A stretch of DNA of 64,000 nucleotides from Fistulifera solaris (GCA_030295235.1 AP026162.1:1302001-1366000), one strand, 5' to 3'. Positions 47,244-58,496 are shown, counted from the first letter of the stretch. A program made the numbers and translations. Notes: generated from the sequence alone by a model not told the origin.

Positions 47244-47921
47244 ATGAGCGCGTTCTTCGGCGAACCTTATTATTCAAACAATCTATTCGGCTATGTGTCT
47301 CCGTATCAGTATGAACGGCAAAGAATCATGGAGGAGAGTCGACGACGACGTGCCGAGCTGCAGTATCGCAGACAATTGGAAGAACGTGAGCGAAGGCGCC
47401 AAGCAGCCATCATGGACTATCAGCGGCGCCTTGCGCGAGAGAATGCTCTCCGTCGACAGCATCAACGCTATCACCATGACGAGGAAGACCAAGAGGCCGA
47501 TCAGTATTACATTGTAAGAGGGTCTGACGGATGCCTCTATCGTGTTCCTGCGCGAAATATTGTACATAACAAACATCGCTACCGAAATCAGGAATTAGAT
47601 GAGCCTACGCTCGAAAGGGAATTGCATGAACCCGAAGAAGAGGATGAATTGCAAGCCCATTCCTCATCGGAGGACTTGGCCGATAACGAGATGAAAACGG
47701 AGGAAACGATTCCGTCAATGGAAGCGGAGAGGGAAGTCTCAGGCGAGATATACGAGGCAGACGACATTAGTTGTGAAGGGTCAGCGACTGCTTCCTTAGC
47801 TGCAGCAGATGTAGTCGTCGAAGATGCGTCAGACGACGAAGAAGAAAAAGAACTCAAATCGATTTGGCGCAACCGCCGACCCTCACCGGGGGCACTAATG
47901 GAGCCAGTTGAGGCACTTTAG
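47244..47921 (+). CDS. Hypothetical coiled-coil/acidic protein
   Basis: ATG at 47244 within ORF 46947-47921; R/E-rich helix, acidic tail, SIWRNRRPSPG. Confidence 0.65.
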   Translation: MSAFFGEPYYSNNLFGYVSPYQYERQRIMEESRRRRAELQYRRQLEERERRRQAAIMDYQRRLARENALRRQHQRYHHDEEDQEADQYYIVRGSDGCLYRVPARNIVHNKHRYRNQELDEPTLERELHEPEEEDELQAHSSSEDLADNEMKTEETIPSMEAEREVSGEIYEADDISCEGSATASLAAADVVVEDASDDEEEKELKSIWRNRRPSPGALMEPVEAL

Positions 47922-48032
47922 TTTGTAGGAAACAGGAGTTTATGAATGCAATTAGATACTTCTTTTTATTGTTTAATCTTTATTTTTATCTCATGAATTT
48001 GTCACGTTCTCCTCTATAACTTTCACACGATA

Positions 48033-49788
48033 TTAATTTTGGTCCTGAATACACTCAGTGCAACGACGCTCCTCTTTTTTACGCAATTGAGCCTTGCTGT
48101 AGTCATTTTTCTTTTTAGGCTTTCTGCATGCCTTACAAACAAGATCTTTCGGCGCCTCATTTGACATCGTACTGTCATTCTGGGCCAGCCCAGTGGCATC
48201 ACGTGAGTCGACGCTTTTTCCAGTCGGCGAATCGCCATCGACATCTTTCTTTTCTTCGTGATAATTTGGAAGTTGTGGTGATCGAGTTGGTGATTTGCTT
48301 TTCTTCTTAGATCGTTTTTTTCGTGCTGGGGTCTTCTTTCCGGTGTTCACAGGTTGTTCAGTCGTTTCTTGCTTGTGGACTGATTCGACGGGTTCATCTA
48401 CGCCCTTCGATAATGGTGTCGAATCATGAGCTACCGGAGAGCTTTCGCGACTTGTCTTTGGCTGCTCGCTCTTAGCGGGGGTTGAGGCGGGCGACTTTCG
48501 AAAGGTCTTTTGAGCCGAGTCTTTTTTCTTTTGCTCTGTGTCCGCTTTGGACGGAAACGACGTGCTGGTTTCTGTTTCGATGTTATCGTTCTCTTCGTCA
48601 TTATCACTATTAGACGAGCTGCTTCGACGTGAACTTCCTCGCTTTGGGGTGATCGCGGCGCTAAGAGTAATGTTGGGTGTTTCGGTGACGTTCTGAATAC
48701 TTGTCATAGACGGAGTAAGCAGGGATTCGACGCTAAACTGAGGTGCTCCTGTTGCATCGATGTGCACGTCGGTACTGTTCAAGGGAGATACCATTTCTGT
48801 GTCATTCTCAATTTCCGGAATCTCTTTCGGCACCGACACATGCAGCGAACTCTTTTTATGATATTTCTCTGCGGACATGGGCGATGAAATCGAAACGACG
48901 GTACCGTCATCAGCTGCTTCGTCCGAAACGATGATGCTCGTCAGAAGCTCCAGGGGACTCCTGGAAGTATCATCGACTTGAAACTCATACTTTCCGAACC
49001 CTTGTAGCATCTTCTCAGGAGCTTCCGAATGTCTAATCCAAATGTTAAAGACGTTATCCGAGTGTTGCTGCTTCAAGACCCGGGTCACTCCCTCAATCAA
49101 AGACTCTCGTGGAGCGCATCGAAAGATGCGAACCACAGGCTTAGGGAAAGTTCCAAAACGGCGTGCTGCTTGGTACAACTCATCTCCGCATTCCAGACCT
49201 TGCTGAGCAACCACTTCAGGCTGATCCGAGAACAATGTACCGTAGTGCCGCTTGACTACGGTATGAGCTTCAGGGCCGTCGTTTTCGTCTCCGTAAACGT
49301 ACTTGGAAACAAACGTCGTACCCCTGGGTCCCTCACCGTGTTCGATACTCCACTCGCAATCCGCGAAAATCTCTCGAAACACAGACTTCTCAATGGATCG
49401 CTCGGTAACGACATGCCAATAGATCGAAGGCAGGTCATGATCGTGTTGCCATTTTGGAAGAGACAACCAAACACTGTCTTCCGTGCACTTAGCGTCCTCG
49501 TGATCCACGATGAAGGTTCGTTGCGCGGGATTTTGAGTACAACTCGTTCGCTACTTTCGCCAAGTAGCGGTAGGCTTCGCTCGATGGAAAGTCGCCTTCG
49601 CCTTCCGTGTAATCCGGATGACCAGGTGCGTAGCATTTGTTCAATCTTTCACGATCTTTCTCTCGAACACTCACTCGATCGAGACGCAATCGCCGGAGAA
49701 TCGATTCGATCGATGATGCGAATCGTAGGCCAATCTGTTTGCTATCGACGGAGATTTTGTTGGGTGTTTTGTCGGTTGACCGAGTCAT
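48033..49788 (-). CDS. Hypothetical protein with C-terminal C4 zinc-binding (Stc1-like) motif; probable frameshift at 49531-49534
   Basis: CKACRKPKKKNDYSKAQLRKKEERRCTEC. Removing one A from an A4 run joins ATG ORF 49489-49788 to ORF 48033-49508. Confidence 0.65.
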
Positions 49789-50862
49789 TTTTGATGCTGA
49801 ACGGATGGCTTCAATGAAACGAAAGGTGCGGTGAATTTATAGGCAGGGTGAGCGCAGCAGTGTCTTTGTATGCACGAAAGATCGCAATGTAAACGAGGTT
49901 TTGGTGATATCGATGAAGTTTTCCAGGCATAAAGTTCGCACAAAGTTGCGCGTCATTTGTCATTTGCAACAAACTTGCGTGATGCGACGGAATTCAAAAA
50001 TCAGAGGCGCACCTTTTGTAAGCAATCGCAGGAAAATCGATGTCTACGTCACTTCCCGTTAATCGTGAAATGTGTTGCCTTCTTAAATCGCTATACTACA
50101 ATCAAACCGGTACCAAATCTATTTTTGGGCTACGTCGCAAAAATTCAGCAACGATCTTGAAAACAAGAACGTATAACAGATCTATGATTCTCTAGCTAGA
50201 CTCTCCAGGGAGCGAGTTCCCGTTTGACAGATGGGCGAGCATGAAACAAATCATCCTCGCAGGGGCTATGCGCCGCCTACTAGACGTGTTTTAAACAAGA
50301 GCGTCGGTCAATGCGGCAAAGTATACAGAATTTCCGTCTGTATCAAAATAAGGAATGTCGTATTTACTATAGGCCAAAGTGTATGCTACCTTATCCAAGA
50401 CTGCAGTTCAGTCATGAATCGAGTTTCTTTCGAGCGACAACGTTACCCACAAATCATTCGTTCAGCATCTTTCCTTGTGTTGCATTTGTTGTTGCCGCAC
50501 TTAAATAGTCTTTTTAGCAGCGTCTGAATTACTCGTCATTGTATATTGTATATTACGTCGAAGAGAGCTTTGCGAAATACTGTCGTTCGTATTTAGTATG
50601 AACCAAAGTGTTGTCCGTATTTCGCCACGGCTGCATTCCAGTCATGAGTCATGCGAGAACGGAAAAATCTTTTCGCAGGGGCTAGAGACACCGAAGGCGT
50701 CTCTAGTAACTAATAATGAAACTCTGAAGTTTCACAAACTTGTTATTGATATCTTTACTGAAATGATTGTAGCAATCACCATTCGACAATGGCCCCGCCG
50801 TTTCCCCCGAATTCGGCCCCACGAAACAACTGAGAAAACAGGGATTGCGTCAAAGGAATCCT

Positions 50863-51879
50863 TTACTCTCCTAGAAAAGAATCTGACTGTAAGGCTTTTC
50901 CATACAATGCCATTTCTAATGTAACAGCCAATCGTAGTCCGCCTGCTGCTAGCCTTTGTTGAACAATAGGACGTCGCGTCTGCTGATATTCGTCGGATAA
51001 CACATCTCCGTCTAAGATTTCGGATCCATCGACATTACGATAAGCCCATTCAATGGCATAATGGAACGATTCCTCGCCCCAAAGTGACGTACATGCTTGG
51101 CTACTTCCGACGGGACAAGCCATCCATTGATGAACGTAGTCCTTGTTCGTCTTCAACCAAGCTTGTAGAAATTCCTCAAACATTACGCGAGAGCCCTGAA
51201 AGTCTCTATCGATCGCCTTTTCAATAATATCATCGTCCCAAATACCGTGCAATGTTTTTGCGTGCAGGTGGCCTCCTCGAAGATGTCGTTGGGAATGACG
51301 GCGATCTCTACCACTAATTACGAAATGATCTTCACCGTCAAAACTGACATGAATTGAATTTCCACCCCGATCTGTCGTACGAGAAGCATGCAAGGGTTGA
51401 TGAATGTCACCAACAAAGTGCGTGAGAAATTTGAGTGCTTCGACGGAAGCATTGTGATTCGCTGTTGTCATCAATATGTTGGTGTAATTGACTATAGAAC
51501 CAGCCACACAAAAGTCCTGAGGACAATCACGAACATAATCAAAGTGACAGCGTTCGTCCATTGTATCCTTCACTCTGGCGGGACATCCCGACGGTATCAA
51601 GTCATCGCGGACATCAATGTAATGCAAGGGAGCCGTCCATTGATAGCGCTGCGTGTGTCGAACAGCATCCGCCCAATCGGCGATTACCGCAAGCGGAGAA
51701 CAACCCTCGCATGCGGGAGAAGTCGTGAACCCCAACAAGTCGGAGATTTTCGCTTGCGTGGCATTCGAAAGAAACGACCACGCTAGATTCGCCACAATTT
51801 CGTGTCCTTCTTTGCCCCACGCGTGCGTCGTCGTGAAAGTGACGATCAAACAAAGAAGCTTGAGAAGAAACTTCATCAT
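50863..51879 (-). CDS. Secreted S1/P1 nuclease
   Basis: Signal peptide then WGKEGH, WAD, LHYID, HFVGDIHQPLH, GGN, LHGIWD, RLAAGGLRLA. Confidence 0.95.
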   Translation of the reverse strand: MMKFLLKLLCLIVTFTTTHAWGKEGHEIVANLAWSFLSNATQAKISDLLGFTTSPACEGCSPLAVIADWADAVRHTQRYQWTAPLHYIDVRDDLIPSGCPARVKDTMDERCHFDYVRDCPQDFCVAGSIVNYTNILMTTANHNASVEALKFLTHFVGDIHQPLHASRTTDRGGNSIHVSFDGEDHFVISGRDRRHSQRHLRGGHLHAKTLHGIWDDDIIEKAIDRDFQGSRVMFEEFLQAWLKTNKDYVHQWMACPVGSSQACTSLWGEESFHYAIEWAYRNVDGSEILDGDVLSDEYQQTRRPIVQQRLAAGGLRLAVTLEMALYGKALQSDSFLGE

Positions 51880-52002
51880 GTTTAGATAAAAAAGGATAGA
51901 AGTATAAAGATCGCTCGAAACACGAAGACACTTTCACATCAATGACAAACGAACGAACTTTCATTAATATTTCCGTCCCGTCCGCGCGTCTCAATAAAAT
52001 TC

Positions 52003-52017
52003 TCACGTGACACGTGA
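52003..52017. promoter_or_regulatory. Two adjacent CACGTG boxes ~125 bp upstream of the S1/P1 nuclease start
   Basis: TCACGTGACACGTGA; function inferred from the motif only. Confidence 0.3.
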
Positions 52018-52042
52018 CTCTGTAATTTCACTATAACGCAAG

Positions 52043-53359
52043 GTGTTGGTTTACGCCAACCAAGACTGGATTGTACAGTAGTCATGAACCGAACAACAGA
52101 GGGTTCCGTTTTGCGTCTCTCGCATCCGTCCATTGTCATTCAACTGCGATTATAATTATAATTACGGGTAAATAAAGTTACAACAATGATGATTCTGAAC
52201 TACTTGCTAACAGTTTCTTTTATTTTCACGTCGAAAATCATCCGAGGATCGACATCTTAAATTTATACTATGGAACGGAGTGTTGGTTTACGCCAGCCAA
52301 GACTGGATTGTACAGTAGTCATGAACCGAACAACAGAGGGTTCCGTTTTGCGTCTCTCGCATCCGTCCATTGTCATTCAACTGCGATTATAATTATAATT
52401 ACGGGTAAATAAAGTTACAACAATGATGATTCCGAACTACTTGCTAACAGTTTCTTTTATTTTCACGTCGAAAATCCGAGGATCGACATCATGAATTTAT
52501 ACTATGAAACGGAGTGTTGGTTTACGCCAGCCAAGACTGGATTGTACAGTAGTCATGAACCGAACAACAGAGGGTTCCGTTTTGCGTCTCTCGCATCCGT
52601 CCATTGTCATTCAACTGCGATTATAATTATAATTACGGGTAAATAAAGTTACAACAATGATGATTCCGAACTACTTGCTAACAGTTTCTTTTATTTTCAC
52701 GTCGAAAATCCGAGGATCGACATCTTGAATTTATACTATGAAACGGAGTGTTGGTTTACGCCAGCCAAGACTGGATTGTACAGTAGTCATGAACCGAACA
52801 ACAGAGGGTTCCGTTTTGCGTCTCTCGCATCCGTCCATTGTCATTCAACTGCGATTATAATTATAATTACGGGTAAATAAAGTTACAACAATGATGATTC
52901 CGAACTACTTGCTAACAGTTTCTTTTATTTTCACGTCGAAAATCATCCGAGGATCGACATCTTAAATTTATACTATGGAACGGAGTGTTGGTTTACGCCA
53001 GCCAAGACTGGATTGTACAGTAGTCATGAACCGAACAACAAAGGGTTCCGTTTTGCGTCTCTCGCATCCGTCCACTGTTATTCAACTGCAATTATAATTA
53101 TAATTACGGGTAAATAAAGTCGCAGCAATGATGATTCTGAACTCTGAACTACTTGTGAAGAGTTTCTTTTATTTTCACGTTGAAAATCCGAGGATCGACA
53201 TCTTAAATTTATACTATGGAACGGAGTGTTGGTTTACGCCAGCCAAGACTGGATTGTACAGTAGTCATGAACCGAACAACAAAGGGTTCCGTTTTGCGTC
53301 TCTCGCATCCGTCGACTGTTATTCAACTTCGAATATAATTATAATCACGGGTAATAAAG
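52043..53359. repeat. Tandem satellite, ~5.5 copies of a 234-241 bp unit
   Basis: gtgttggtttacgcca begins at 52043, 52280, 52514, 52748, 52985 and 53226. Inner copies are nearly identical; the last is more diverged. Confidence 0.97.
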
Positions 53360-53614
53360 GTACATCGCTTCGTGTGTACGCGAATTTCACGTAGCCGTAA
53401 TTTTTTAGGCGTTGGAGACGTGTGTGTGTCAACTAGGCTCCAACAGGGCGATGCCAGGGTGCTTGTCGGAAGTCTCTCCGTAACATACTATACAGTTTAC
53501 GCTTATATAGTAATTATTTCAACGGAAACATTTGTACTCTACTCAATTGTACAACATTTCGCGACAAATTCCGATACACGTTTTATGCTATGAGCTTAAA
53601 TGCCGTTTGTCTCT

Positions 53615-54665
53615 AAGTAATTTTTTGTCATTATAGAGAGAAATTTTCTCTATAGAGAGAAATTCTCTCTGTAGAGAGAAATAGGGAGAAAATTTCTCTT
53701 TAAGGGAGAAAATTTCTCTCTAAGGGAGAAATCGAGAGAAAATCTCTCTCTAAGAGAAAAATTTTCTCACTTCAGAGAGAAATTTTCATTATGGAGTAAG
53801 ACGATTTCTGTTTAGAGTTTTCCTCTGTTGAACGAATTTTATGTACTTGTACTGTACAATGTGGGGCGTCGGGCGTCGTTGCGTCGGTGCATTACTTTTC
53901 TGCTTGACAAGTATCGAAGAGGTTTCTTTTCAAAAGAGTAATTCATATCAACTCAAAACCTATTATCTAACGCTTTTGATTAATGGCAAGAATGAGAGAC
54001 CAAAGGATTAAGAGGGAAATCTCTGAATGAACTGAGATGCGGCCGTGGCGTGCTGGAAACTCAACAAGCCCGGGAAAACGAAGCAGCCCCAGACCGCGGA
54101 AATTTGCCAGACTCTTCAGTCAGCATGGAAAAGACAAACTGTGTCCAATGAGCCATGGATCAAATATGTTTTCACAGTAAAAACAAAAGGGAAATTGAAA
54201 ATGGAACGCACCAAACAGCACGACGCCGAGCCAAAAATGGCACTCGGCCTGCACACGCGCCATTCGTCTTTCCAAAGCTAAGCCCCATTGTTCCTGTTGA
54301 CGAGGTCAATTGATGACTAGCTATCGGGGACAAATTACATTTTAGTAATTAGAAATGCTTGTCTCGCTGCACCGTCTTTTGTTTTTGCGTTGGTTGTTTT
54401 GTGCGATAACGGTTGTTCGTTGTGTGTTGAGGTCTCTTCATCGTCGATTTTTAACCTTAATTACACAAAGAAGTGAACGAAAGCATAGAAAAAATATCTC
54501 TCTACAGAGAGAACTTTCTCTCTAAAGAGAGAAATAGGGAGAAATATCTCTTTTAAGGGAGAAAATTTCTCTCTAAGAGAGAAATCGAGAGAAAATCTCT
54601 CTCTAAAGAGAGAAATTTTCTCACTTCAGAGAGAATTTTTCTCTCTGGCAAAAAACACATTACTT
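53615..54665. mobile_element. Foldback/MITE-like element with two ~155-bp arrays of palindromic GAGA(A)AATTTCTC units
   Basis: Arrays 53635-53787 and 54487-54646 are colinear. The outer flanks aagtaattttttgtca and tggcaaaaaacacattactt are imperfect inverted repeats. No transposase seen. Confidence 0.5.
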
Positions 54666-55100
54666 GTTTTGCGTTATGAGCGAACATACCGTTTCGGTTG
54701 CTAAAGATAATATTTATCGTTGAAACCAAGTTTCGTTCATAGATATTTAGGAATCGATACGACATCAAAACCGTAGATAATCGGAACCGCTCGGAGTGAG
54801 TAATTTCCGTCAAGCTCCCTGACCCTCTGAAGAGAGTCTGACACCACAGACTCATCTGGCCACTCTTTGTTAACCAACATCCGACATATCGTTCGATTTT
54901 GTTTTTATTACGCTAGGAGACAAAACCGTGTTTTTCACTAGGTTAACACGGTTTCTAGCAATTTTAACCCCCAAAAGGGCCCCAATTTCACCGGACGGGG
55001 TCTTTTTTTTGGCAGACGTGTCTGTCCTTTATCCGAGGGGGACGAAATCCAGAGCCAACCGGCCGTCGTCTTCGTTTTCGCTCACAAAATAATAACAACC

Positions 55101-56249
55101 ATGACGGCGGCCTTGGTCGAGAACGACAACGATGGCTTTGAAGTCACCTCGCGGAAGAAAGTGCCCAGAAAGAATCTCTGTATTGGTAATCTTCCTACGC
55201 AGATCGATGAAGCTGACTATTTGTTGACGCGACTCAAAGAATTTCTTCGAGAGGAATGTTCTCTCAAAGAGACGGACATGACTGATGTACAGATTCATTC
55301 GTCGGCGCGAGCCTCTTATGCTTTGTTGCCGTGTGAAAATCATCGGATGGACAAAATAATACAAACGCTGCATCGGAAAGAATTTTTAGGAAAGAAACTG
55401 GTAGTGCAAAGAGAACGAAAGAAGAAAGCCTACGATACCGGCGGCAACTCCAACAACAAGCAAAAGGCGTTTGGAAGTTGGAGCCAATCCACTGTTGAAC
55501 ACGTCGGTCATGTAATAAAAGAAGAGATGGATTATGCGGACGATCCTGTGAATACAGCTATTGCTGCAGCTGCTGCCGTGGGTGTAATGTCCTCGTCGAA
55601 TCCTTTACTGTCGCAACCGATGGATGATTTGCTTGCCGATTATGGTGAGCAGGATCTGAATTGGAAGCAGTTGAATGTACCCACTAGTGACGCATTACCA
55701 GAGGCGGCTCAACAACAAAGCGAAAGTCAGCTGACTCAACTTGGAAAAGCACCGATACACATCCAATTCTATTCGTTCGGATATCATCATGGTGCACCCA
55801 ATGAAGTACGGAACGGGTGGAGCCACGCGCAGCCCCTTCCTGTGCATGACTGTCGTGACTTGGGAACGGTCCCGGTTCATCTCATGTGGCAAGATGGACT
55901 ATCGGGTGTGGTCAAGCGTGAGTTGATGTGGAATACCGATATCCGCAACATGGCGAACGATTTGGCGGATCGCGTGGCCGACGCCGTGATGGATGCGATT
56001 AATGAAGGCGGGCACGGATATGCTTTGCCATTGAAGATGCAAATACTGGTAGCCAGTGAACTGGGAAAGCACCGCAGCGTTGTTTTCTGTGAATTGGCCG
56101 CCACTGCATTAAGGAAACGTTTGCGAGCCAATGAGAACAATCAATTTCGCGAACCCTGTTCGGTCGACACATTTCATCGTGATTTACCGAATCGAACTGC
56201 TAAAACTGCGCCTTCAAAGAGTAACAAGAAGAATATCTTTGAAGATTAG
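55101..56249 (+). CDS. RRM domain fused to a RapZ/YvcJ C-terminal-like domain
   Basis: RRM: NLCIGNLP...YALL...LHRKEFLGKKLVVQ. RapZ-C: FYSFGYHHG, DCRDL, DGLSG, VASELGKHRSV, FHRDL. Confidence 0.75.
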   Translation: MTAALVENDNDGFEVTSRKKVPRKNLCIGNLPTQIDEADYLLTRLKEFLREECSLKETDMTDVQIHSSARASYALLPCENHRMDKIIQTLHRKEFLGKKLVVQRERKKKAYDTGGNSNNKQKAFGSWSQSTVEHVGHVIKEEMDYADDPVNTAIAAAAAVGVMSSSNPLLSQPMDDLLADYGEQDLNWKQLNVPTSDALPEAAQQQSESQLTQLGKAPIHIQFYSFGYHHGAPNEVRNGWSHAQPLPVHDCRDLGTVPVHLMWQDGLSGVVKRELMWNTDIRNMANDLADRVADAVMDAINEGGHGYALPLKMQILVASELGKHRSVVFCELAATALRKRLRANENNQFREPCSVDTFHRDLPNRTAKTAPSKSNKKNIFED

Positions 56250-56721
56250 TCGATAGATATCGAGTCAGGTGCTAATATTTCATGTTGTTTCGTCAATACC
56301 GTTTATTTTGTTTTTAGTACCTCGTAAGTTAGGACAACAAGTGTCGAATGGTGAAAGGACGAGTCAAAACATCATATTTTTGTCGTTGCATCCATGAGAA
56401 ATAGATTTGATGTGCGTCGCTAAGCGTTAGCTTCCGTGTGTTCTGTCTGTCTCATTGCTATCACTAATGTGACGTCATTCCTTTTGTCCCACGTGGAAGG
56501 CGCGGACACGCAATCATTTCCGTCCATTTTTGACCCATTCAAAAATGATCGTTCAATCCGATGTCGGCAAACAAGCATTGCTGCCATCCCAGACAACTAG
56601 CTTCATATCCAACTCGTTTCTCAGCGCTACCACGATAGCCTCACCAGTATATATAGGAAAGGACTAGTACGGATCCGAGCTATCAGTGTCTGTTTATTTG
56701 CTATTAAGAATACTCGACAAA

Positions 56722-58356
56722 ATGAGGCTGTCGAAGCGCGTCGCATTGCTAGCTGTCTTCTTTGTGTCTTGTTTGGCAGCGGCTGAGAACTCTATAGAGC
56801 ATGCAGAAATAGATACAGTATCAGACTCGCGTTCCGAAAATATAGATCAGGTTGTTGGAGGGTCGCCAAATTTGAGTAAAGAAAGTCTAGACACCGACAT
56901 GTCATCGGAATCAAGTTCTAGCGACATTCATCCTGATGAACCCGAAGAGGATCAGGCAACATCGAAACTTTCTACCGCTACCGATGATGAACCGGATACT
57001 GCTTCGGATACCGTTACTGAATCATCACAACACGAAAGGACGGAGGAAGAAAATACCCTTGCAGGAGAAGAGGATGCTGTGTCGAGCGATCCCAACACTA
57101 CTCGGGAAAACGGTGCTTCATTCAAGGATCATGAAGATTTTCCGGACGAATTTGACAGCGAAGCCGTCGATTCAATTAAAGTAGAATTGGACGACAGTAA
57201 AATGGAAGTGAAAGCGTTGGAAGCGGATGAGATTGTTGTTGAAGCGAAATTACAGGAGAGCGAAGAAGTACAAGAAGCTATGACGAATGTGAATGATGTC
57301 GATCCGACTGTGGAAAGGTTAATAAAGTTACCAGTTGAGGAAATTGATGATTCTGTGGTCGAAAATGATTCAACAGAGCACGAGCTGTTGGAGGATTCGG
57401 GCACGCAGGATGGTGAGAAAAATACTGAACTAATTTCAGCAGATGACTCCTCTGACCAGACGAGAAATAGTACACAAAAAGAGAATATGATTCATACAGC
57501 AGTAGCTGTTCCTGATGAGGAGAAAAAATCACAGACACGTGAGGCTTCATTCTCTGTGGATGATACATCAGATAGCTCGGAAACGGAGACTCGATACCAG
57601 CCGAATTGTGGAGTGTGGGGTGTTTATCGAACCGAATCTCGTTATGCGAATTTATCGGTCCTCGCACTTCTCTTCCAAGACTTGTTTCAGAAAGATGAAG
57701 CCGAAGCTGTGGCCATGTTGAAGGATCTTGCATCCAGCGTTACTGTCCCAATGCAGAATGTGTTGGACAAAATACATAATGTTAGTGAAGAGATAAGCGA
57801 AATGGCTGACTCTGTTGACAGAATAAAGAAATCTCCGAATTCGGAGTTTGTGGAAGGGTTGGATGATATCGACAAATTCTTTGAAGGCGTAGATGTGCCT
57901 GATGAGTTGGACGTCGGTGCTGCTGGGTTATCGATACAAGAGGTACTCATGGGTCAAGGAACGCAAATAGTTATAAAAAGATTGAAGATGGGATTCGCTG
58001 CCATACAGGATGGGGTTATGACAATGAAGGTATTAGTCGTTTCAACTATAGAGGCCTTCGTATCCCGAAGAGAGGAGTTTGCAACCAAGAAAGATGAAAT
58101 TCTGCTTGCATTGAAAAAAGGGAAAACGGCTATTATCGGAGGTATCGTGGACTTCAGGGACAGTGACAACGGAAGGCGGATAGAACTTCTTCATCAGCTT
58201 GCTCGACTGGGTTGGAGGTCTACTGTCACGACTGCACATAGCTTACGGGAGCTGGTTAAGCGCGTATTCGACGATGGTGAAGATATAGAGGAAATCTTAA
58301 AGGAGTCGACAGCAGTAGACGATGAAATTCGGCGTATGATACAAAAAAATTCATAA
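56722..58356 (+). CDS. Secreted/ER acidic hypothetical protein
   Basis: Signal peptide MRLSKRVALLAVFFVSCLAAA; long D/E/S-rich region; helical C-terminus with VDVPDELDVGA. Confidence 0.75.
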   Translation: MRLSKRVALLAVFFVSCLAAAENSIEHAEIDTVSDSRSENIDQVVGGSPNLSKESLDTDMSSESSSSDIHPDEPEEDQATSKLSTATDDEPDTASDTVTESSQHERTEEENTLAGEEDAVSSDPNTTRENGASFKDHEDFPDEFDSEAVDSIKVELDDSKMEVKALEADEIVVEAKLQESEEVQEAMTNVNDVDPTVERLIKLPVEEIDDSVVENDSTEHELLEDSGTQDGEKNTELISADDSSDQTRNSTQKENMIHTAVAVPDEEKKSQTREASFSVDDTSDSSETETRYQPNCGVWGVYRTESRYANLSVLALLFQDLFQKDEAEAVAMLKDLASSVTVPMQNVLDKIHNVSEEISEMADSVDRIKKSPNSEFVEGLDDIDKFFEGVDVPDELDVGAAGLSIQEVLMGQGTQIVIKRLKMGFAAIQDGVMTMKVLVVSTIEAFVSRREEFATKKDEILLALKKGKTAIIGGIVDFRDSDNGRRIELLHQLARLGWRSTVTTAHSLRELVKRVFDDGEDIEEILKESTAVDDEIRRMIQKNS

Positions 58357-58496
58357 CCATAAAATTTGAGTCATCCTGTTCCGCCTTTGCTGTATCCGAC
58401 GTAAGTTTGGATTGAAACAACGAATGATAAACTTCGTCTATTAGTTGTTGAAAAGAGTTATCTAATAGAATATCTGTAACCGCAGAACATTTAGAC

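Noticed and set aside
52185..52200. C/D snoRNA in the satellite unit (ATGATGA followed by CTGA)
   Set aside because: The boxes are only 2 nt apart, and CTGA is CCGA in three of the five copies.
53128..54855. Short ORFs in the repeat island (53128-53394, 53372-53593, 54045-54281, 54553-54855)
   Set aside because: They are derived from repeats or lack an ATG start and any motif; no transposase signature was recognised.
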